Positions 1-4,767 of a DNA stretch of 6,663 nt are shown here, in pieces. The stretch is taken from positions 1-6,663 of the IMG/VR virus record IMGVR_UViG_3300029558_000069, one strand, 5' to 3'. The position numbers and the translations under genes were made by a program. Source of the stretch: a virus. How positions within the stretch are numbered: position 1 is the first letter of the stretch; each line of letters begins with the position of its first letter. The notes beneath the pieces are model-generated. The model did not search any database and was not told the DNA's origin. It saw only the letters and a program-made list of their open reading frames with translations.

Positions 1-99
1 GAAAATGCCAATCCAAAAGATTCATACGGGTGAAATGCGGTGCAAGGAGCTGTGAATAATTCGCAGCAGGAACAACTGACATAACACCAAGAATATAAC
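1..99 (+). repeat. Terminal direct repeat, copy 1. It is identical to 6565-6663, the signature of a circular genome assembled with overlapping ends.
   Basis: Base-by-base comparison: gaaaatgccaatccaaaagattcatacgggtgaaatgcgg...gaatataac occurs at both 1-99 and 6565-6663. The offset is 6,564 nt. Confidence 0.95.
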
Positions 100-1897
100 C
101 ATCTTCAGGGCAATACTTACGAATAACATGACGCATACCAGATTGGAGCGAACCTTGACCAGCAAAACTACCTAAGGGGTTTCCTTCAGTAGGAGTTGTC
201 TGAGTTACCTTGTATACCGGAATGGTATCAGAAATACCACCAAGGAACTCGGGCATCATAAGTTCGTCATAATCCAAATTGACATCAAAGAGACCTTTCA
301 CAAGATTCTTGTAACGTGGGGTTTGACGAATGCGGATTTCAAGGAAACGCTGGAGTGAGTTAACATTCCGGAAGTCAGAAATGGAAATACCAGACGTAGC
401 CATACCAATAAGGTTGTGGATAACATCAGTAGGAGCGTTGGAACTCTTAATTTGAAAGCCTGTAACAGTATCACCATCATCCGCAGTTTCAAGTTGAGCA
501 TGATATTCAGTACCGGCAGCATCTCTAAAAGTCGCTTCGCCAAGGGACGTAATACCTACAAGAGGAGCAACACCTGCCTGCGGAGACTGTAAGGCGGTAG
601 TATAAGCATCAGGTTCCCAATTAGCATAGTGCAACTGATATTTATACGTATCGGAACCACCTTTCGTAGAGGGTACATATTTATTGTATTCAGGCTTACC
701 ATCAACAATAAAGGGGTTATTACGAATATCACGACCAAAAGCATTGTAGTAAGATTCGTATGCACGGAATGGCAAGGCAGACAACGGGATGGACGGTAAA
801 TTAGAATTAGGAGTATAAAAAGGACAATTTGCAGCCTCAGGCTTATTCCACTCAGACGAAGTAGACGTATAATAAAAATTATTTAAAATATCTATATCGT
901 AGAGCTCTCCTGTTTCCGTCTTCGAACCATTGGAATAAGTAATTATTTTTACCTCATGAGCATATTTGGGTTTCACCTTACGAACATCAACCCAAAATAC
1001 CAGTTGAACAACACCTGTAAATTGAGATTTAGGAGCAGAAACAACATAATAATTTCCCTTAACAGATTCAGATGTGAAATCCTCATATGAAAAATTAGCA
1101 ACTTCATTACCAGCGGCATCATAAAATCCCATCCAAAACGGACTTGAATAAGTTGAAAACCACTCAGTAGGAATACGAAACTCGATTTGTTCGATACCTA
1201 TTTCCGAAACATTCCAAACATAAGGAACACCAAAATAATAGCTTTTATAACCGGCAGATGGTCCTGCCCAATTGTTCGTTACAAAAATATTCTTCAATGA
1301 TTGTCCTTTTAGACGATTATAAAAAACGCCAATAGAACCGTCAGGATTGTCACTATGTTGAGAGACCGGAAAAACAGGATGTCCAATTTCAGGATCACTA
1401 TTAATTGTTTCAGAAAAAGTAATTCCTTTCAACCGGTCGTAAGTACTTCTATTAGATTCCGATTCATAGCCATAAGACCCAGTAATAGTAGTAGGAACAC
1501 CAAGATAATCAGCAAGTGTTCCTGTTTGCAAGTCATCAGAAATATTAAATTGTTTATGTCCTTGCGGGGTATCTTCGGCAGTAGGATCTATCCAAGGAGG
1601 AGTAACGGTCTCATCACCTCCAAAGAAGGACATCCAGTCTTCCCAAAGAGTACGAGTACGAACATAAACAAAATGTAACCGTACATAAAGTTGGGTCTGT
1701 ATCGGAAATACAGTCGGAAGAAGTTGTAAATTGAAACGGGCGTTTATCTGAAACGAATCACCGAATGAGGCAGGAAGCAAACACACGGGTGTAATAGCTC
1801 CGAATTTCATTGTGAGATTGTTTACAAACGAGAGGTCAAAAGTAGAACGGTTGACACGGTCGATGTAAGCATCTTTTTTACGAAAAATATTTGCCAT
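1..1897 (-). CDS. VP1: Major capsid protein VP1 (Microviridae F/VP1 family), N-terminal 632 codons. The ORF runs off the window start and continues in frame at 6564. The full protein is 753 aa.
   Basis: It is not in the ORF track because it is open at the window edge. I scanned the frame codon by codon and found no stop from 1897 to 1.
- The ATG is at 1897-1895, with an in-frame stop just upstream at 1909-1907.
- The translation begins MANIFRKKDAYIDRVNRSTFDLSFVNNLTMKFGAITPVCLLPASFGDSFQINARF.
- Later blocks resemble microvirus capsid motifs as I recall them: GTLADYLGVP (aa 126-135), ALPFRAYESYYNAFGRD (aa 374-390), TALQSPQAGVAPLVG, SLQRFLEIRIRQTPRY, MPEFLGG and PLGSFAGQG.
- Position 1 is the first base of a codon, matching the frame of ORF 6200-6646. 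Confidence 0.95.
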   Translation of the reverse strand, partial: MANIFRKKDAYIDRVNRSTFDLSFVNNLTMKFGAITPVCLLPASFGDSFQINARFNLQLLPTVFPIQTQLYVRLHFVYVRTRTLWEDWMSFFGGDETVTPPWIDPTAEDTPQGHKQFNISDDLQTGTLADYLGVPTTITGSYGYESESNRSTYDRLKGITFSETINSDPEIGHPVFPVSQHSDNPDGSIGVFYNRLKGQSLKNIFVTNNWAGPSAGYKSYYFGVPYVWNVSEIGIEQIEFRIPTEWFSTYSSPFWMGFYDAAGNEVANFSYEDFTSESVKGNYYVVSAPKSQFTGVVQLVFWVDVRKVKPKYAHEVKIITYSNGSKTETGELYDIDILNNFYYTSTSSEWNKPEAANCPFYTPNSNLPSIPLSALPFRAYESYYNAFGRDIRNNPFIVDGKPEYNKYVPSTKGGSDTYKYQLHYANWEPDAYTTALQSPQAGVAPLVGITSLGEATFRDAAGTEYHAQLETADDGDTVTGFQIKSSNAPTDVIHNLIGMATSGISISDFRNVNSLQRFLEIRIRQTPRYKNLVKGLFDVNLDYDELMMPEFLGGISDTIPVYKVTQTTPTEGNPLGSFAGQGSLQSGMRHVIRKYCPEDGYILGVMSVVPAANYSQLLAPHFTRMNLLDWHF

Positions 1898-1899
1898 AA

Positions 1900-2100
1900 T
1901 TAAAACTTAATATTAATGTCAGGAGTTTTTAAAGTATCTATACGCGTAGTAGTAGACTGTTGCGTATCTTGAGAAGAATTCTGGTTTTTCCAGAACAAAG
2001 ACATCGAGGCTGTACAGCTATCCAAAAGAATAGCCGCGGCTACTCCGAGAATGAAAGTAGTCGCGTGCTCTATGATTTTATAAATCTGTTGCTTAGTCAT
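1900..2100 (-). CDS. Small membrane-anchored or lipoprotein-like protein of 66 aa from the ATG at 2100. The track model uses a TTG at 2112 and gives 70 aa.
   Basis: - MTKQQIYKIIEH is followed by the hydrophobic stretch ATTFILGVAAAILL, then DSC (Cys29), then a polar Q/S/T/N-rich tail.
- The ATG at 2100 overlaps the stop of the upstream ORF in the string ATGACTAA, an 8-nt overlap.
- The ORF ends 2 nt before the VP1 ATG.
- A is at -3. Confidence 0.7.
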   Translation of the reverse strand: MTKQQIYKIIEHATTFILGVAAAILLDSCTASMSLFWKNQNSSQDTQQSTTTRIDTLKTPDINIKF

Positions 2101-2317
2101 CTTCCGGCTCAATTAAGTATTGTTCATACATACCGTCCGGTAGTTGACGGTCAGTAAGGATAAGCTGCATAGCGGCAGAGAGAGGAATGTGTTCACGAAC
2201 AACAACAACAGTAGGCATCTCTTCCTGAGTAGAGAGGAACTTACGGGTTGTAAAAGTAGCACGGGGTTCATTGTCTTGTGCTGTAACTGAACAGCAATCT
2301 ACATTTAATTTTACCAT
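2093..2317 (-). CDS. Hypothetical protein, 74 aa, with an acidic C-terminus.
   Basis: ATG start with A at -3 (ACATTATG). It begins 12 nt after the upstream ORF ends and overlaps the downstream ORF by 8 nt. The sense strand matches all core genes. I recognise no family. Confidence 0.6.
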   Translation of the reverse strand: MVKLNVDCCSVTAQDNEPRATFTTRKFLSTQEEMPTVVVVREHIPLSAAMQLILTDRQLPDGMYEQYLIEPEDD

Positions 2318-2329
2318 AATGTAAAAATT

Positions 2330-2509
2330 TTAAGTGAAACAAAAATTATTAGATAAAACTACCAAGAAATCATCTTGCATAAGTCCGGGTAGTTCAAAAT
2401 TCACAAACAAAATATACTCATCCAGTGAGTCAAAAGTGCGATAAGTTATCTTATCTTCCTCATATCCTAATAATACCTTCGGATATATCTTCGCATAAAT
2501 GTACGGCAT
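2330..2509 (-). CDS. Hypothetical protein, 59 aa. It is absent from the supplied track, presumably because it falls below the length cutoff.
   Basis: Manual translation gives MPYIYAKIYPKVLLGYEEDKITYRTFDSLDEYILFVNFELPGLMQDDFLVVLSNNFCFT, then TAA at 2332-2330. The ATG at 2509 lies 2 nt after the VP4 stop, and A is at -3. The ORF fills what would otherwise be a 194-nt gap in a very compact genome. Confidence 0.55.
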   Translation of the reverse strand: MPYIYAKIYPKVLLGYEEDKITYRTFDSLDEYILFVNFELPGLMQDDFLVVLSNNFCFT

Positions 2510-2511
2510 AG

Positions 2512-3909
2512 TTACAAAGTTTCTTTGTAAATAGCAAGAATATTCTCACTATCTACTTTATATTTAACATAAGTTATATCTATCTCTGGTTGTGTTGACA
2601 TTGTTTGACTTACAAACATCTGATGTTCCCGTTTTGCAGAGGTGAGTTGTTTATAAAAACTAGTGTCAAATTCATATGCGTTAAGCATGGTAAGCATGGG
2701 GTCAAGAATATTCTCGATTACCAATAAACTATCCTCTTTATAACAAGAAGAGAATTGCCTTGCATTATCCATGATGAAACGAGGAAAACGGTTTACACAG
2801 GTGTCGAAATCATAAAACGGGAATTTTTCATGAAGATATTTACGAGTAACATTCACTTCCTTATCAGCCATACCGAGACGTAGTTGCCAAAGGCATGCAC
2901 GAACGGATAGAAAATAATCAACGAGTTGAATGGTGTCGCGTATTTCTTTCCGGACAAGCATGGATGGACAAGGATAAAGTTTTTTACGGAAGTATGAAGG
3001 GATGAATGAAGAAAAGCGTTCTCCTGTAAACTTATCCACAATTTCAATAGTAAGAACGTCAGGATGTTGATAAAACCAAAGTACATGGTCAAGGCACCAT
3101 TTGTAACCAAGTCCTCCGCCACGGCGAGAGGATAGGTAAAACGTTGGGTTACAGCCTTTTGGGATGTCACTTTCCTTCCGCATGTATTTCATGCAATATT
3201 GAATGCCGCCTTGGGTACAAGGCTTACAATAAACAAAACCAAGTTCGCCTAGATAATCCCAATCAAAGCGATGAGTAAGTTTATTATAAACTCGTTTTCG
3301 AACAGACCAAGCCTGTAACACAGTTTTGTAAACATCCATAGCACTGAAAGCAATAGGCATGTTCCACAGAATAAGATGATAATGAGGCAGTTTCGTATGG
3401 CTGCCATACTCAGCGGCGGCAAAATACCGGATTTCCTCAGTAAAATTATGGTCTCGAGCAAGAATTTGACGCAAACGCTTAAGAAATTTTTGTACATCTT
3501 CTTTGTTGACACCGTCAGAAGGGCGGTGTAAATTGTTGTAAGTCAACGTTATAAAATAAGGTACTGTACGGCTGTGTTGAGTTTCAGCAACAGCGCGAAA
3601 CATCCATTCACGGGCGTTACGTTTCCGACACAGGGCACATTTCCGACAAGGAATCGCCAAAAACATCGGCACAACATCACCGTCGCGGTCGGTGGTATAA
3701 TAAGAATCCTGCCAGCATGCAAGGTTCTCAAAATCAATGCCTTTCGGAGAAAAACGAGCATATGGGAAAATCCAGCGCCATGCGGCGAGACGCATTTCGG
3801 GTACAAATTCTTCATCTCCATTGTAAACAAATTTTCCAGTTTGTAAGACAGCCTGCTTAAAGGCAGGATTTAAGATATATTTAGGTTTTTCACACAGAAT
3901 GTTTTGCAT
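2512..3909 (-). CDS. VP4: Replication initiation protein VP4, an HUH rolling-circle endonuclease of the phiX174 gpA / Microviridae VP4 family, 465 aa.
   Basis: - Cys cluster IPCRKCALCRKRNAREW at aa 86-102.
- Motif 1, FITLTY, at aa 119-124.
- HUH motif LPHYHLILW. H-Y-H is aa 176-178 at nt 3384-3376, which I verified as CAT TAT CAT.
- Catalytic di-tyrosine motif YCMKY at aa 238-242, nt 3198-3184.
- ATG start. Confidence 0.95.
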   Translation of the reverse strand: MQNILCEKPKYILNPAFKQAVLQTGKFVYNGDEEFVPEMRLAAWRWIFPYARFSPKGIDFENLACWQDSYYTTDRDGDVVPMFLAIPCRKCALCRKRNAREWMFRAVAETQHSRTVPYFITLTYNNLHRPSDGVNKEDVQKFLKRLRQILARDHNFTEEIRYFAAAEYGSHTKLPHYHLILWNMPIAFSAMDVYKTVLQAWSVRKRVYNKLTHRFDWDYLGELGFVYCKPCTQGGIQYCMKYMRKESDIPKGCNPTFYLSSRRGGGLGYKWCLDHVLWFYQHPDVLTIEIVDKFTGERFSSFIPSYFRKKLYPCPSMLVRKEIRDTIQLVDYFLSVRACLWQLRLGMADKEVNVTRKYLHEKFPFYDFDTCVNRFPRFIMDNARQFSSCYKEDSLLVIENILDPMLTMLNAYEFDTSFYKQLTSAKREHQMFVSQTMSTQPEIDITYVKYKVDSENILAIYKETL

Positions 3910-3911
3910 AA

Positions 3912-3926
3912 TTTTTTTTTTTTTTT
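3912..3926 (-). repeat. A15 homopolymer on the coding strand (T15 as written), 2 nt upstream of the VP4 ATG.
   Basis: Counted directly: t3912-t3926. The minus strand reads GATT-A15-TT-ATG. Confidence 0.9.
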
Positions 3927-3954
3927 AATCCTATCCCTGAAGCGTTTCACTCCG

Positions 3955-3967
3955 TTACGCAATGCTT
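3955..3967 (+). repeat. Degenerate copy (10/13) of the 13-mer CTACGCWTTGTTT.
   Basis: ttacgcaatgctt compared with ctacgcattgttt at 4162-4174. Confidence 0.4.
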
Positions 3968-3972
3968 GAGGC

Positions 3973-3987
3973 GTCATCCAAGATGAC
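3973..3987. other. Perfect inverted repeat / stem-loop GTCATC-CAA-GATGAC in the VP4 leader.
   Basis: 6-bp stem (3973-3978 pairs with 3982-3987) and a 3-nt loop, read directly. Confidence 0.7.
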
Positions 3988-4049
3988 AGAGAGGTATTCG
4001 CGCTACCGCGCTCATGATTTCATAATTTCCTTTAATCTCTCAAGATGTG

Positions 4050-4057
4050 CAAAGATA
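4050..4057 (-). promoter_or_regulatory. Candidate Bacteroidetes-type -7 promoter box TATCTTTG (consensus TAnnTTTG), about 140 nt upstream of VP4.
   Basis: The plus strand reads caaagata, so the minus strand reads TATCTTTG. This is the same octamer as at 4723-4730. There is no TTTG -33 element at the expected spacing, so the call is weaker than the 4723-4754 promoter. Confidence 0.4.
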
Positions 4058-4093
4058 AAGTGTAGTTAAAAATACCGTTTATCAACCTGAGCC

Positions 4094-4133
4094 AAATGAT
4101 GTCAAAGTCGCTACGCTTTGTTTAACATCATTT
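4094..4133. other. Long imperfect stem-loop with 14 bp in total.
   Basis: - aaatgatgt (4094-4102) pairs with acatcattt (4125-4133).
- caaag (4103-4107) pairs with ctttg (4116-4120).
- The loop is the 8 nt tcgctacg.
- A 4-nt bulge, ttta, lies at 4121-4124. Confidence 0.75.
4111..4123 (+). repeat. 13-mer ctacgctttgttt, copy 1 of a near-identical direct repeat.
   Basis: 12 of 13 positions match 4162-4174, 51 nt away. It overlaps the loop and 3' arm of the 4094-4133 hairpin. Confidence 0.7.
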
Positions 4134-4161
4134 ACCACAGAACGCCAAACGCTATTTTTCC

Positions 4162-4174
4162 CTACGCATTGTTT
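4162..4174 (+). repeat. 13-mer ctacgcattgttt, copy 2 of the direct repeat.
   Basis: 12 of 13 positions match 4111-4123. Confidence 0.7.
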
Positions 4175-4257
4175 TATTGCACGTCTCGAAAGAAAAAAGG
4201 AAAAATATGCTTTGATGTTTGCGATAGATAAGAGACAGAATGGATAAGAACGCAAAC

Positions 4258-4274
4258 CGAAGTTGGAAACTTCG
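4258..4274 (-). terminator. Candidate intrinsic terminator: a perfect 7-bp stem with a 3-nt loop.
   Basis: The minus strand reads CGAAGTT-TCC-AACTTCG followed by GTTTGCGTTCTTATCC, which is T-rich but not a clean U-tract. It is the third hairpin downstream of the ORF97 stop. Confidence 0.35.
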
Positions 4275-4308
4275 TAGGGCTGTAGCCTTATAATTGTTAT
4301 TGGGCAAG

Positions 4309-4326
4309 GCAGCTCAAAAGAGCTGC
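4309..4326. other. Perfect stem-loop GCAGCTC-AAAA-GAGCTGC.
   Basis: 7-bp stem and 4-nt loop, read directly. No T-tract follows on the minus strand. Confidence 0.7.
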
Positions 4327-4342
4327 TCATTCAAATCTTTCA

Positions 4343-4369
4343 CACAAGCTGAGCAATGTGTCAGTTGTG
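4343..4369. other. Stem-loop with 9 bp and a 1-nt bulge, immediately downstream of the ORF97 stop.
   Basis: cacaa (4343-4347) pairs with ttgtg (4365-4369). ctga (4349-4352) pairs with tcag (4361-4364). g4348 is bulged and the loop is the 8 nt gcaatgtg. Confidence 0.6.
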
Positions 4370-4383
4370 CTACATATATCAAG

Positions 4384-4677
4384 TTAGTCGATGCCGGATG
4401 CTTCACCCGGTCCACAAGTTAGTTGACAAAAGTCAACGTAAGAGAATACTGCACGAGCCGCGCGATTACAATACTTCGCATTTATAATACCTACAAGCAT
4501 ATAATTAGACCTATAAGTTTGTTCCATATAGTCCCTAAAAGTTAAAGCTCTATCAGCCATGTTTACTCTAAGGGCTGGACAGATTACCTGATAAAGAGAA
4601 TTGCAAGGTATATCTTTAACTTTAATATACTCCTGTCTCTGTTTCTCAATGTTTAAATACTGTAAAAGAATGTCCAT
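4384..4677 (-). CDS. Hypothetical protein, 97 aa.
   Basis: ATG start with the CAATTATG context (A at -3). It has its own upstream -33/-7 promoter-like motifs and three downstream hairpins. I recognise no family. Confidence 0.6.
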   Translation of the reverse strand: MDILLQYLNIEKQRQEYIKVKDIPCNSLYQVICPALRVNMADRALTFRDYMEQTYRSNYMLVGIINAKYCNRAARAVFSYVDFCQLTCGPGEASGID

Positions 4678-4722
4678 AATTGTAATGTTTAAGGGTTAAT
4701 AATCTTGTTTCTTACAACACTA

Positions 4723-4754
4723 CAAAGATAGACATTCTTTAGAACTTTACCAAA
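4723..4754 (-). promoter_or_regulatory. Bacteroidetes-type promoter: -33 TTTG (4754-4751), a 20-nt spacer, and -7 TATCTTTG (4730-4723).
   Basis: The minus strand reads GTAATTTTTG-GTAAAGTTCTAAAGAATGTC-TATCTTTG. This matches the TTTG / TAnnTTTG architecture described for Bacteroides primary-sigma promoters. It lies in the 90-nt gap between the VP2 stop and the ORF97 ATG, about 45 nt upstream of that ATG. Confidence 0.55.
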
Positions 4755-4767
4755 AATTACGTGTTAA

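Noticed and set aside
298-765. 81-aa and 69-aa minus-strand ORFs inside VP1.
   Set aside because: They lie in the +1 frame of the verified VP1 ORF, have TTG and GTG starts, and are hydrophobic low-complexity translations. The same compositional artefact applies as for the ORF inside VP2.
2101-2112. TTG start at 2112 for the small membrane protein (the 70-aa model in the track).
   Set aside because: An in-frame ATG at 2100 gives the classic ATGACTAA overlap with the upstream stop and has A at -3. The TTG model adds only MSRK. The TTG start remains possible but is less likely.
1355-2157. Plus-strand ORFs 1355-1678 (107 aa) and 1960-2157 (65 aa).
   Set aside because: They are antisense to VP1 and to the small-ORF block. 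Every supported gene is on the minus strand, as expected for Microviridae, and the translations are low-complexity.
2853-3830. Three minus-strand ORFs (105, 87 and 93 aa) and one plus-strand ORF (3574-3846, 90 aa) inside VP4.
   Set aside because: The minus-strand ORFs are in the alternative +1 frame of the Rep ORF, which carries all the HUH-family motifs, and they start at GTG or TTG. The plus-strand ORF is antisense to VP4. No supporting signals were found for any of them.
4082-4330. 82-aa minus-strand ORF (MSSSFELPCPITII...) filling part of the gap between ORF97 and VP4.
   Set aside because: - Its start codon lies inside a perfect hairpin (4309-4326).
- It spans two further perfect or long hairpins, both strong 13-mer repeat copies and a polypyrimidine run.
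- It lacks the A at -3 found at all eight other starts (its context is TGAATG).
- It lies downstream of the likely terminators.
- The peptide is low-complexity.

I treat the region as non-coding. Conservation analysis could overturn this.
3910-4383. A dif-like or Xer recombination site, or other attP. Integrase-less microviruses have been proposed to integrate through host XerC/D.
   Set aside because: I looked for a 28-nt site with CATAA...TTATG-type inverted arms around a 6-nt spacer and found nothing convincing. Weak candidates lie near 4011-4030, 4286-4304 and 4367-4390. I cannot call it without a host dif consensus to compare against.
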